Source of the DNA: Acaryochloridaceae cyanobacterium VAR_48_metabat_390
GTDB taxonomy: Bacteria > Cyanobacteriota > Cyanobacteriia > Thermosynechococcales > Thermosynechococcaceae
Assembly (NCBI GenBank): GCA_031422435.1
Contig: JANPLU010000056.1
Coordinates: 1 to 60,798, forward strand
Reading direction: 5' to 3'
Length of the DNA stretch: 60,798 bases
Shown: positions 16,407 to 26,238 of the stretch, piece after piece
Layout: every line of letters begins with the position of its first letter
Numbering within the stretch: the first letter of the stretch is position 1
The notes under the pieces: generated by a model
Told to the model about the DNA's origin: nothing
The model's database searches: none
Seen by the model: only the letters and a program-made list of their open reading frames with translations
Program-made: the position numbers and the translations under genes

Positions 16407-18983
16407 ATGGAGTCTGAGACTGCGTTAACGCTGCCCTATGTCGAGGTGTTGGTAGACTGCCCTGGTCACATTGGGCTATTGATCTATCGAGTGCCCAAAG
16501 ACGTTGCCATTGCGCCCGGAGATATCTTGAGCGTAGATTTTGGGGCGCGGCAGGTGGGGGCGATCGCCATTCGTCTCACTGCCAACCTACCCCCAGATTT
16601 AGCCCCAGAGCAGATCCGCGAAGTGGTCGAGATGGTGAGTGATAACTTGTTTCCCCCAGGCTACTGGGCATTGCTAGAGCGAGTAGCGGACTATTACTAT
16701 ACGCCGCTCATGACCGCCATACGAGTGGCGCTGCCGCCAGGGTTATTGCAGCGATCGCAGCGACGGGTGCGTCTACTCATCTCAGATATTCCAGACTCAA
16801 AAGCTATTAGCGCTATAGCCCAGCGCATTGTGGAACTTCTCCAAAGCTCTGCAACCCAAGGCGGCTATGCCTGGAGCTATATCCAGCAGAAGGTGCGGGG
16901 CGCAGACAAAGGACTGCGGGAGCTAAAGCAGTTGGGGTGGGTAGAGGTTACGCTTGCGCCACCCGCAAGTTCTACCCAGCCTAAACGACAGCAGAAAGTG
17001 ACGCTGTTAAGCCAAGACGCAGAAGACTTAACCCCACGCCAGCGAGAAATTTTGGCGACTTTAGCCCACTACGGCGGCGAACTATGGCTTCAAGATTTAC
17101 TCAAGCACGGTAAAACCACCGCGCCTACCCTACAAAAGATCGCCCAAGCCGGATGCATCGCCATCACAACAGAAGAGCGCCTTCGCCTTGAAGATCACGC
17201 GGTATCTAGAGATCAGCCCTTGGTACTTACTAAAGATCAGCAAGCGGCATTGACTGCCATCCACGCGCTATCGGGCTGTGCCACAGTGTTACTCCACGGC
17301 GTAACCGGATCGGGGAAGACTGAGGTTTACTTACAGGCGATCGCCCCCATTCTCAGGCAAGGCAAGTCTGCACTAGTGTTGGTGCCAGAAATTGGTCTAA
17401 CGCCTCAGCTCACCGATCGCTTTCGCGCCAGGTTTGGCGCACGGGTGCGGGTATACCACAGCGCCCTCTCCGATGGCGAACGCTACGACACTTGGCGTTA
17501 TTTGCTCAATAAAGAACCGCAGGTGGTCATTGGAACCCGCTCCGCCGTCTTTGCGCCATTGCCCAATTTAGGGGTGATTATCTTAGACGAAGAGCATGAT
17601 TCTGGCTATAAGCAAGAGCAGCCTGCGCCCTGTTATCACGCGCGGATGGTGGCAGGATGGCGATCGCAGCTCTCTGACTGTCCGCTGATTTTAGGGTCTG
17701 CCACGCCATCTTTAGAAACCTGGGTGAATGTTCAAGGACAAAATGAATCAGATCCCTTGCGACACATTTCTCCCCCTCATCTCCCCCCTTATCCCATTAT
17801 GGGAGATGGGCTAAAGCCGGCTCCCCTCTCCCTTATTGGGTGTGGGGCTGGGGGTGTGGGTGTCTTCCCGCGCTACTACCTTTCACTCCCCCACCGCGTC
17901 CAATCTCGCCCTCTGCCACCGATCACCGTGGTAGACATGCGCCAAGAGCTGCAAAACGGCAACCGCTCCATGTTTAGCCAAACCCTTCAGGACGCACTCC
18001 ACACCTTAAAAGAAAAAAAGCAGCAGGGTATTCTATTTGTGCAGCGACGAGGCCACAGCACCTTTGTCTCTTGCCGAAGCTGCGGCTACGTCATGGACTG
18101 CCCCAATTGCAGCGTTTCCCTGACCTATCACCACGAGTCGCCCCAGCGCAACCCTTTTCTGCGCTGCCACTACTGCAACTTTATTCAGCAGCAGCCCAAA
18201 GACTGCCCTGCCTGCACTTCCCCTTACTTCAAGTTTTTTGGCACAGGCACCCAGCGCGTCATAGAAACCCTCAACCAAGACTTTCCAGAATTGCGCCTGC
18301 TGCGATTCGACAGCGATACAACCCGCCGTAAAGGTGCCCACCGAGACCTGCTGGGGCAGTTTGCCGAAGGGGAAGCCGACCTGCTGGTGGGTACCCAAAT
18401 GTTGACTAAAGGCATTGATTTGCCTCAGGTACAGCTCGTGGGCGTACTTGCTGCCGATGGGTTATTGAACCTCCCCGACTTCCGCGCCAGCGAACGCGCC
18501 GTGCAGACCTTACTTCAGGTAGCAGGCCGTGCCGGACGCGGCGAAACGCCAGGGCAGGTGATTATGCAAACCTATTGCCCCGAAACGCCTGAAATTGGGG
18601 CTGTGCAGCGTTATGAATTCCAAGCCTGCGTGGATGCGGAATTGAAAAAACGCGCCGAACTCAACTATCCACCCTACGGGCAACTTATTTTGCTGCGGCT
18701 AAGCAGCCCCGAAGTGGAACAGGTTGAAAAAACTGCGGAGAAAGTGGCAGATGTTTTGAGAGCCACCATTGAACGAGATCAGGTCAATGTAGAAGTGCTA
18801 GGGCCGGCTCCCGCCAATATCCTGCGGGTCGCGGGTCGGTTTCGCTGGCAATTAATGGTAAAAATGCCGCCGAATCTGGGAGGAAATCCTCATGATTGGA
18901 AGCTACCTAGTCAGGAGATGCAGAACTGTTGCGACAAAAATGTGAGGCTCACAGTTGATGTGGATCCCTTAAACTTTCTCTAG
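16407..18983 (+). CDS. priA: Primosomal protein N'
   Basis: GVTGSGKTEVY, VPEIGLTPQ, DEEHD, Cys-rich CRR, QVAGRAGR, terminal VDVDP. Confidence 0.95.
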   Translation: MESETALTLPYVEVLVDCPGHIGLLIYRVPKDVAIAPGDILSVDFGARQVGAIAIRLTANLPPDLAPEQIREVVEMVSDNLFPPGYWALLERVADYYYTPLMTAIRVALPPGLLQRSQRRVRLLISDIPDSKAISAIAQRIVELLQSSATQGGYAWSYIQQKVRGADKGLRELKQLGWVEVTLAPPASSTQPKRQQKVTLLSQDAEDLTPRQREILATLAHYGGELWLQDLLKHGKTTAPTLQKIAQAGCIAITTEERLRLEDHAVSRDQPLVLTKDQQAALTAIHALSGCATVLLHGVTGSGKTEVYLQAIAPILRQGKSALVLVPEIGLTPQLTDRFRARFGARVRVYHSALSDGERYDTWRYLLNKEPQVVIGTRSAVFAPLPNLGVIILDEEHDSGYKQEQPAPCYHARMVAGWRSQLSDCPLILGSATPSLETWVNVQGQNESDPLRHISPPHLPPYPIMGDGLKPAPLSLIGCGAGGVGVFPRYYLSLPHRVQSRPLPPITVVDMRQELQNGNRSMFSQTLQDALHTLKEKKQQGILFVQRRGHSTFVSCRSCGYVMDCPNCSVSLTYHHESPQRNPFLRCHYCNFIQQQPKDCPACTSPYFKFFGTGTQRVIETLNQDFPELRLLRFDSDTTRRKGAHRDLLGQFAEGEADLLVGTQMLTKGIDLPQVQLVGVLAADGLLNLPDFRASERAVQTLLQVAGRAGRGETPGQVIMQTYCPETPEIGAVQRYEFQACVDAELKKRAELNYPPYGQLILLRLSSPEVEQVEKTAEKVADVLRATIERDQVNVEVLGPAPANILRVAGRFRWQLMVKMPPNLGGNPHDWKLPSQEMQNCCDKNVRLTVDVDPLNFL
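17774..17860. repeat. REP-like G/C-rich branched palindrome embedded in frame in priA
   Basis: Same layout as the reverse complement of 45354-45438; translated as PPHLPPYPIMGDGLKPAPLSLIGCGAGGVG. Confidence 0.7.
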
Positions 18984-19418
18984 GATAAAGAGATCGGCAA
19001 AATAAAGGTTAAGTAGGTTTTCAAGCGAGTTCTTATTTCGCCAGCGATAAACATTAAAATCATGGCGATCGCTACTTAGGATCCTGCCATGACCTAAATG
19101 CTCTGCCAGAACAACCAGCGAAGCATCTGCCATATCTATTGGCAAATCCGCATAATTTTCTAGCAGCTCAATCATCCGAACGAGATGATTTTCTCGTAGT
19201 TCAAAGACTTCAGAGGCACCCGCAGCTAAATTTTTCAGGAAATTGCACTGTGCGAAATTTCCGCCTGTAGACAGTAATAGATAACAGGTTTCTGTAATGA
19301 CTGGATAGGTTGTGATTAAAGGCTCGTCGATTGCTTCAAGTGCCAGTAATGCTGCTTGATGGTAGCGATCGCGCTGGCTGGCAAGCGCAAAGAAAAAACC
19401 AGTATCGACAATGATCAT
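18969..19418 (-). CDS. PIN-domain (VapC) toxin
   Basis: IIVDTGFF, VITETCY, DMADASLV and SSDRHDF acidic PIN motifs. Confidence 0.88.
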   Translation of the reverse strand: MIIVDTGFFFALASQRDRYHQAALLALEAIDEPLITTYPVITETCYLLLSTGGNFAQCNFLKNLAAGASEVFELRENHLVRMIELLENYADLPIDMADASLVVLAEHLGHGRILSSDRHDFNVYRWRNKNSLENLLNLYFADLFILEKV

Positions 19419-19687
19419 GGTTCTTGTGAACGATTGAATCTTTCTTGGATGGCTGAGCTGACAACAGATTTATAGTTGGTCGATAGGTTCATATCTGTCT
19501 GGATGCAGCCGATGAATCCAGATTCTTGAAAAATTTCTAAAGCTGTTATCGTGGCTGGTTCTAACTGGCTATAATAAGCATCAATTGCCGCTTCAATCAA
19601 GATTTTGACATCTTTCTGTTCTGTTTTTTGTTGAACGTAAGCCAGCTTCGACTCATATTCTTGGTTTAACTCAATATTGATTTGCAT
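19415..19687 (-). CDS. Putative antitoxin (RHH/CopG-like) of the PIN toxin
   Basis: Overlaps the toxin start; ESGFIGC...LSTNYK tail; start ATG 19687. Confidence 0.7.
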   Translation of the reverse strand: MQINIELNQEYESKLAYVQQKTEQKDVKILIEAAIDAYYSQLEPATITALEIFQESGFIGCIQTDMNLSTNYKSVVSSAIQERFNRSQEP

Positions 19688-19884
19688 ATATGCCTCTAGA
19701 GCTACAATTTTTCTTCTGAGAATTTCTGAGTGGCTCCTATCCCTCTCAAACATTACACTCCAATTATTCAACAAAGAAAGGTAGACATCTTTATCTTACC
19801 GGAGGCGATCATAGTTCTGTCGCTGTCGGCTGGGGTGAGGCGATCACATTTTCTCAAGTTTCAGCTTTGGAGGTTGATCGCCCA

Positions 19885-20195
19885 TCAAACGGTCAGTTCT
19901 TCTTTGGCAGTCACGGATAGCTTTAAGCCTAGTTCGTTGAGTAGGGCTAAAATCGCTGATAGTTCTGGCGTTTTGCCTTGGTCAAGCAACTAATAGCAGT
20001 TTTCCCAAACAGGATCCGGTTCGTTGGAATTATTGACCCGACTTCTGCAGGCTTCTGCGACGTTTTTCAATGCCAGTACAATATGTTCGAGGTTGCCACC
20101 CTCAAAAATAAGACCGCAGCCAGGTAAGCAGCAGCTTCTACCGGATCTTTTAAGGATTAGATTAAGTAGGATTTATAGCTTTTATGGGTTGGCAT
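19885..20195 (-). pseudogene. Decayed addiction-module antidote (HigA-like) gene
   Basis: MPTHKSYKSYLI*SLKDPVEAAAYLAAVL / frameshift / ...LALKNVAEA...CY*LLDQGKTPELSAILALLNELGLKLSV; a toxin C-terminal remnant (KQYWTDF) lies just upstream. Confidence 0.75.
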
Positions 20196-20325
20196 TTTGT
20201 CTCTTGTGAAAATCTGTCCAATATTGCTTAAAATCACTTCTCCTGGCTGCACTTCCATAAGCCCTTAATCCAAGTAAATAGATTTTTCTGATTTTGATAT
20301 GGTCTTAAAACAAAATTACTGACAG

Positions 20326-20424
20326 ATTGCCTTGGCAAACGATCAAACGTTAGTGATACACAACATACAGGATTTTGCACGGCTTGAAGAGTTGTAGATT
20401 AAGGATTGGGAGGTTGAGAAGTGA
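20326..20424 (+). pseudogene. C-terminal remnant of a VapC/PIN toxin
   Basis: IALANDQTLVIHNIQDFARLEEL*IKDWE resembles the common VapC ending (IALAxxxTLVTxNxxxFxRxxxLxxEDW). Confidence 0.65.
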
Positions 20425-20464
20425 ATACTTGGTGCATATGCTTTACTGATTGTGGCAATTAACT

Positions 20465-22948
20465 TTAATTATTAATCATTACACTTTGCTTGATTTTATT
20501 TTCAATAGGAGTGTAAATATCTGTTTCAATATTCTCAAGTACTCGAATTGAAACGATTAGAGAATATCTAGTACGCTGATTCCATTTCTCTTGAGCTGGG
20601 TTATTCTTCCACCATCCTCCAACCGGATAAATTGCAATAGCTTCTCTTTGAGCTAGGTCAGCGGCGGTACCACGCCAAATATCTGAATGAATGGATCCAA
20701 TGCTCTGCATTTGGGCACCTAAAAACCAACCACTATCTTTGTCATTGTTTGTAGGAATCTCTTCCTCATCTTTAGGTATTTGGATATTAATACGTTTTTT
20801 GAATTCCTTTAACTTCTCTGAGGTACGTTTTACCGAAAATCTTAGTCCATGAGATGCATAGGTATGGCGACTTACCCATCCTCGTTCCCCAGGATTTGGC
20901 TCAACAAAGTATGACAGCGTTACTTTTAGCTCCACTTCTGCCTCACGCAGTTTTTCCAAATCTTCTTGAGGCCAAGGAATCAAGTGAAGGTTCATTTCAT
21001 TAACCTTAATTTTTCCCCCATCCTTTTTGAAAGGTTGAAGATCATCTTCTAGAATCATTGTCAAATCATTTTGAGCACTCTGAAGTGCTTTCTCAAGGCT
21101 CGGAACACCATACCCGTATCGGCGTAAAATAGTGCGCTTATGGCTTTGCAGTGGCTTTTGAGGTAGGTGTCTTAACATGGCAGGTTTCCATCCCGCAGAA
21201 TGAACAATCAAGGCTCGAACTGTTTCAGGCCCATACTGAGGGTATGTAGCCCAAATAACCGCTGCCATATGACTGGCAAATGCCGTTGCTGCACTTGTGT
21301 GCCCTAAAATATTAAACTGCCGAACAAGCGGTTCGTAGTGTGTTGTTATAGTCTGTAAATCGTCAACATCCATGCCTGGTGATATACCATCTGTAGCTAA
21401 GTTTCCCCCTTCCAAAACTATATCGGGTCGAATTGGCCATTGGCTAGCCCATAAAGTGGAAGTCCGACTTCTAGGAGAAAGATCCCCTGCAGGTGCAATT
21501 GGCCTCCAATGAGCATATTTGCAGTCAGTAATATTAACCTTGTCCGTATAGGAACCTACAACAAGTGGATTCCACGCCTGTGATGGATTTAATGCTTGGC
21601 TTAGGTCGTTAAGATCGAGATATTGTTCAGGAGTTATGTCTCCGCAAATATTTCCAACGGGAACTACAATCAGGCGCTGCGGTTCTTCTAACTCTCCTTT
21701 ACCAAAGCATAATTGATCAATCGCAGATGACCATGATGATGGTTTGCCTTGAGCAGTTTCATAGCTGCTGGTTATAGCCATGCAGGTCACGCGTTGACGA
21801 TGTGGTGCGTTGATCTCTGCCCTGCTAACGGCTGATCTTGTAATAGCTCCATAAAGCTTAGGGATATTGTCGCCTTGCTCAGGAAGCATCCTGACGGATT
21901 CCAAACAGTGAGAGAGCAGGATTTTGCCGGAGACAGTAATTGCTTTGAGCAGATCACCATATAACAAAATCCCTGCCATTGCTGTGCCATGACCTTGCCA
22001 ACGCCGACTATCTCCGATGCCCCACTGTGGATTGCAAGTCAGCATATCTCTGGAATCAAGGGCAATTTCAATTAAACGATGTGCTCGAGTCACCCCACTA
22101 TCTAGCAAGCAAATCGCTAATTCATCATTACTGGGTTTAACAACCCGATCAAGTAGGTCATCTATCCAGTCAACTTGTTCAGTCATCTCCATCTCAAAAA
22201 ACATTGATGGAGAATCTTTAGCTAAGCGTAACTCTGCAATTACACCAGTGTTTCTAATAACCCTTTCTAATGTTATTACATTAGAAAGGGCTAAAAGCAC
22301 TTCTCTTTCTGGAAATGAAATACTGTGCTCGGTTGTGCGAATCTGAATTTGTTGAGCAACTTGATTAAAAGTTTCTTTTTGACCACGACGTAGCCAGATT
22401 TCCCACCAAACAATATCTTGATCAGTTTTTGGAAACAATTCTGGCTGATCTGTAAAAATTTGGCGAACAGAACTCAAATGGATATCTTCCAGACGCGCTA
22501 CTAATGCTTGATTCTTGGGATTACCTTTTTTTGTGTCTTCGTCACGATAGGCTATTATTTTTTCTAGAAAAAATTTGTCAGACTGATCAGGGATAAAAAC
22601 TGTTGCCGACAACAATTCCTCTGCATTTTCGGATGGCCTTACTGCAAGAAGTTCGATTTTTTTGTTGCTATTTTCTAACTTGGCCTCTTTAATCTCTTTG
22701 GCTTGTATTTGAAATTCGACATACAATCCAGATTCACCGATTTCAAGTTCAGGTTCACGCAATAACTTTTGCTGTTGAGCCTCTTTAATAACCTTTTCGT
22801 AGGCTTGCTTCAAGGCTTCAGCATGTCTACTTCTATCGCGTGGTGGTGCAGTTTTACCGCCACCGCCTCTCGGAGTATATCTCTGCCTGACTCCCGTATC
22901 AGGAATTGGAACGTATAGGTGAGGAAGATTATATTGATATTCGGGCAT
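20465..22948 (-). CDS. ietS: S8 subtilisin-like peptidase, IetS-type
   Basis: LLDSGV (Asp), GHGTAMAG (His), GHTSAAT (Ser region), RPDIVLEGGN, YGYGVP; downstream of an AAA ATPase. Confidence 0.82.
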   Translation of the reverse strand: MPEYQYNLPHLYVPIPDTGVRQRYTPRGGGGKTAPPRDRSRHAEALKQAYEKVIKEAQQQKLLREPELEIGESGLYVEFQIQAKEIKEAKLENSNKKIELLAVRPSENAEELLSATVFIPDQSDKFFLEKIIAYRDEDTKKGNPKNQALVARLEDIHLSSVRQIFTDQPELFPKTDQDIVWWEIWLRRGQKETFNQVAQQIQIRTTEHSISFPEREVLLALSNVITLERVIRNTGVIAELRLAKDSPSMFFEMEMTEQVDWIDDLLDRVVKPSNDELAICLLDSGVTRAHRLIEIALDSRDMLTCNPQWGIGDSRRWQGHGTAMAGILLYGDLLKAITVSGKILLSHCLESVRMLPEQGDNIPKLYGAITRSAVSRAEINAPHRQRVTCMAITSSYETAQGKPSSWSSAIDQLCFGKGELEEPQRLIVVPVGNICGDITPEQYLDLNDLSQALNPSQAWNPLVVGSYTDKVNITDCKYAHWRPIAPAGDLSPRSRTSTLWASQWPIRPDIVLEGGNLATDGISPGMDVDDLQTITTHYEPLVRQFNILGHTSAATAFASHMAAVIWATYPQYGPETVRALIVHSAGWKPAMLRHLPQKPLQSHKRTILRRYGYGVPSLEKALQSAQNDLTMILEDDLQPFKKDGGKIKVNEMNLHLIPWPQEDLEKLREAEVELKVTLSYFVEPNPGERGWVSRHTYASHGLRFSVKRTSEKLKEFKKRINIQIPKDEEEIPTNNDKDSGWFLGAQMQSIGSIHSDIWRGTAADLAQREAIAIYPVGGWWKNNPAQEKWNQRTRYSLIVSIRVLENIETDIYTPIENKIKQSVMINN

Positions 22949-22998
22949 TTTAAATAAAAAATCTAAAGCGTTATTCTCCTTCGACGATAACTCAAACT

Positions 22999-23979
22999 TT
23001 AGAAAATTGAAACTTTACGTTCCATAATAGCAGACAGTAAATTTTCTTCTGACACGGTTTTTTCTCCTGAGAGCACAGTCAGCTTGGCTGCTTCATCAGC
23101 AGCTCGAACTATTTCAGCTTGGCTTAATCCTTCTGCCTTCATTAAAATCTTTTGCCAATCCCTCAAGTCTATTTGAAAGTAAGCTAGTCGTGTTTCTAGC
23201 AGTTTGCGAATAACATCCTGATTGGGCATCTCATACTGAATAACATCGTCAAATCGACGAAAAACTGCTTTGTCTAATAAATCAGGATGATTAGTCGCGG
23301 CAATAATCAAGCTTTGACTATCGTCATTTTCTAAAAGCTGCAGACAAGAATTCAGAACTCGTCGTATTTCTCCAACATCATTTACAGCAGACCGTTGCGA
23401 ACCGATGGCATCAAATTCATCAAAGAAATAAACGCCGCGAGTAACTGTCATAGCGTCGAAGATGAGTTTAAGCTGGCTTGCTGTTTCGCCCATAAACTTC
23501 GTAATTAAACTAGTGTAGATCACTGTTAGCAGCGGAAGTTGTAATTCTCCAGCAAGTGCAGAAGCAGTCATGGATTTGCCTGAACCCGGAGGCCCGACCA
23601 ACAGTATCTTTCGTCGAGGCTTCAGTTGATATTCTTCTAGACGGCGTTGGTTTAAGTGCTCTATTAAAATACGTTTCAAACGTTGCTCTAGATTATTTTG
23701 GAGAACCATATCGGTCAACCTCGTGTCTGAGTAGCGAACTGAGACGAGATTGGCTAACTCTCCTTTCGGTTGAACCAGCGGTATAGGTGTAATTCTGTTC
23801 TCTAAGCCAGATCCTCGATTTTTAGCTTGATCGATAAGACCTTGAATTTCTTGAGCAACCCGATTATGCCCTTGTCGTGCTTCATGCGCAGCCACCTGAA
23901 GAGCCGTTGAGAAGAACCGTTCCTCTTCGCCCTCTAAATGGCTCTTCAAGAGCGTAATAATGTGACGGGCAGTAGACAT
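22999..23979 (-). CDS. ietA: AAA ATPase, IetA-type
   Basis: GPPGSGKS, FFDEFDAI, AATNH, FRRFD; 50 bp from the S8 peptidase. Confidence 0.82.
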   Translation of the reverse strand: MSTARHIITLLKSHLEGEEERFFSTALQVAAHEARQGHNRVAQEIQGLIDQAKNRGSGLENRITPIPLVQPKGELANLVSVRYSDTRLTDMVLQNNLEQRLKRILIEHLNQRRLEEYQLKPRRKILLVGPPGSGKSMTASALAGELQLPLLTVIYTSLITKFMGETASQLKLIFDAMTVTRGVYFFDEFDAIGSQRSAVNDVGEIRRVLNSCLQLLENDDSQSLIIAATNHPDLLDKAVFRRFDDVIQYEMPNQDVIRKLLETRLAYFQIDLRDWQKILMKAEGLSQAEIVRAADEAAKLTVLSGEKTVSEENLLSAIMERKVSIF

Positions 23980-24237
23980 ATAATCTTTTACGCTAGATAG
24001 ATTTCTCTAGTGAAAGTGAACTAAGTTTTACAGTTCATGTAATTTAAACAGTAATCACATGCCATTCCCTAAGCTTAAGATAACTTAACAAAGTGGCATT
24101 AGAAGCAAATATACTAAAAACGTCATAAAGTTTCAGTCCTGATTAGGATCAATCAATACAAGTTTTATATGGATTGATCCTAATGCTTTATTCCGAAGAA
24201 GGATATTTAGCTACTCTTCAGAAGTGATCACCACTTT

Positions 24238-24291
24238 AGATTCATCCTTGAGCGAGAGTGCGATTTTAGGTATGGCCTTGCGGAGGAAATG
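24238..24291 (+). repeat. Dispersed repeat copy A (HIP1-bounded)
   Basis: 41/54 ungapped identity to 25474-25527; partial third copy at 24352-24371. Confidence 0.7.
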
Positions 24292-24400
24292 TGATCGCTC
24301 ACTTTGGATAGCGTCACCAGTTTTGGAGTGAGATCGCCTCTCTGGATGGTCTGGCGGAGGAAATGCGATCGCCTTAGCCGTCTGACCAACAAAACCCTCC

Positions 24401-24790
24401 TTATCGAATTATCTGAATATTCAGACCCAATTGAAGCCCCGCCCATACTCGATCCGCCGTCAAAACCGACAACTTCTGTTGAATTGCCAAACTCAAACAG
24501 GTTCGGTCTCCCAGCGATAGCCCCAAGCTTTTAGTATCGGCGCGTAATAAACCTGCAATAAAACCCTGCTCCTCGTCAAATGGAATAATCAGCAACTTCA
24601 GCGCCCCAAAAAGCTCCCGAATCTCCACTGCACTGAACCCTTTATCCATAAGCTTCGATATCACCTCAGCCACATTCACCGAACTCATACATGCAGTGGA
24701 TATAACAGAAGCAACCTTTTCAGAGCCAGCTTCTTGATTAATGAGCGCTAACAGTGCCGAAGCATCCAAAACTATCTTACTCGCGCTCAC
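24401..24790 (-). CDS. PIN-domain (VapC) toxin
   Basis: VLDASALLA, VNVAEV, LSLGDRTCL, LTADR. Confidence 0.9.
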   Translation of the reverse strand: MSASKIVLDASALLALINQEAGSEKVASVISTACMSSVNVAEVISKLMDKGFSAVEIRELFGALKLLIIPFDEEQGFIAGLLRADTKSLGLSLGDRTCLSLAIQQKLSVLTADRVWAGLQLGLNIQIIR

Positions 24791-25034
24791 TTTCCGCCCG
24801 TCGCTCCCGAATTAGCTCCTCAGACAAAGAATATCCTTCCGGCACATGCCGACGCACCATCGCCTGTACCCTTGCGATCGCCTCTTGCATCGGAAAATCT
24901 TGAGTTTCCGTCAAAGCGGGTTCCTGAACCAAAACAATCACCTCAGCATCCATGCCCTCATTCAGTTCAGAAGCAGGAATTTCGATCCGGCCACCAGATT
25001 GAATTTTTACCATTTGTCGAATTGCCTGTATCAT
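24777..25034 (-). CDS. Putative antitoxin of the PIN toxin
   Basis: Overlaps the toxin start; SLSEELIRERRAE tail typical of VapB partners. Confidence 0.75.
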   Translation of the reverse strand: MIQAIRQMVKIQSGGRIEIPASELNEGMDAEVIVLVQEPALTETQDFPMQEAIARVQAMVRRHVPEGYSLSEELIRERRAESERE

Positions 25035-25174
25035 CCAACTCGTGCTCCACCAAAGCCAGGCTTAAAATGCTCATCACTTTATTGTTAGACCTATCGTAGC
25101 GTCTCAGACTGTACTTCAGAAATGATCGCCTTCTCTAAGCATCAATTTGAGGAACCTCATAGAGAGGCATTTTC

Positions 25175-25393
25175 CTATCTCCATTGGGCTGACAAGTCAT
25201 CATCAAAATCCTCAGCCATCACTACCTGACCTTCCCATAATCCTGGTTGCCGATTTTGTTTTGCATCTTGATAGACCACCAGCCGAGCCACCGGATTTCC
25301 CGCCTCACTCAGCACAACATCTTCCCCATTGCGCACCGATTCAATCAGTTGATAGAGCTGCGTTTGTGCTTGGTCAATATTGATAATCTTCAT
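25175..25393 (-). CDS. Phd/YefM-family antitoxin (orphan; toxin apparently lost)
   Basis: INIDQAQTQLYQLIESVRNGEDVVLSEAGNPVARLV...PGLWEG...EDFD. Confidence 0.75.
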   Translation of the reverse strand: MKIINIDQAQTQLYQLIESVRNGEDVVLSEAGNPVARLVVYQDAKQNRQPGLWEGQVVMAEDFDDDLSAQWR

Positions 25394-25473
25394 AGCCAAT
25401 GAATCCTCCATCAGCTCCAGTTTAACTAAAGCATTGCCTTTGATTGAGTAGAGGTAGCGCGATCGCCCAATTC

Positions 25474-25527
25474 AGATTCATGCTTGTGTGAGCTTACGGT
25501 CTTGGACATAGCCTTGTGGAGGAAATG
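25474..25527 (+). repeat. Dispersed repeat copy B
   Basis: Matches 24238-24291; preceded by HIP1 at 25459-25466. Confidence 0.7.
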
Positions 25528-25674
25528 CGGACTCTTTGTGCATAGCTATCGCTTACCCCTCCTACATCCAATCCTCTAAGACTAGCCCTGGAACCTAAGA
25601 AAAATCTTGGTAATTGCGCGTGACGACAGTTGCCCCAAGCGAGAGGGCGATCGCTTCTTCAAAAGCTCAGGTGT

Positions 25675-25977
25675 TCAAGCCTTACGCCACTGATTTGCCA
25701 TCTCTGCAAACTCAGCATCCCTTCAAACATTCCAATAAACTTAGTCCAAGGATTTTCTCTAACAGTCTGCCTTGGAGAGATTTCTAGAGGCAAAACCTCG
25801 ACATTACTCAGATGAGCACTCACCAGTTCCTAAATTGCCACCAACGCCTCTTTGCGGCTGCCTGCTTCCACTCTACAGCTTACCAGCTCCACGATTGACG
25901 CAATCGTTCGCCCTGCCTCACTTTTTCTAATAAGACATGAAATTTAGCACTGGCCTGGAAGAACTTAGAATGCTCAT
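25675..25977 (-). pseudogene. Decayed HicB-like antitoxin
   Basis: FHVLLEKSEAGRTIASIVELVSCRVEAGSRKEALVAI*...NPWTKFIGMFEG / frameshift / DAEFAEMA. Confidence 0.6.
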
Positions 25978-26132
25978 AAACACTACAGCGTGTAAAGGTA
26001 GATAAACATTCTATCCAGTTCAAACTTAATCTCAATAAAGCGCTAGATCCGTCATTTTAAGAGGGGCTTTGGATTTTGTGTACGAACCCTTAGTGCAAAG
26101 CTTAGTGATCGCCCTTCTGGAGTTGAGACTGA

Positions 26133-26183
26133 GATCAGAACATTCGATTTACGTTTGACATAGATCCCTTCAGTCTTTTTTAA
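26133..26183 (+). pseudogene. priA: Orphan priA 3'-end remnant 1
   Basis: DQNIRFTFDIDPFSLF* vs priA DKNVRLTVDVDPLNFL*; second codon position conserved in 16/17 codons. Confidence 0.7.
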
Positions 26184-26238
26184 ATTTTAAGAAGTAACTT
26201 AAAAATGAGTAGCTACCCTTTTTCAAAATGTGAAGCAC

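Noticed and set aside
26028..26060. Possible third priA tail (NLNKALDPSF*)
   Set aside because: Only the DP dipeptide and a nearby stop match; too weak to call
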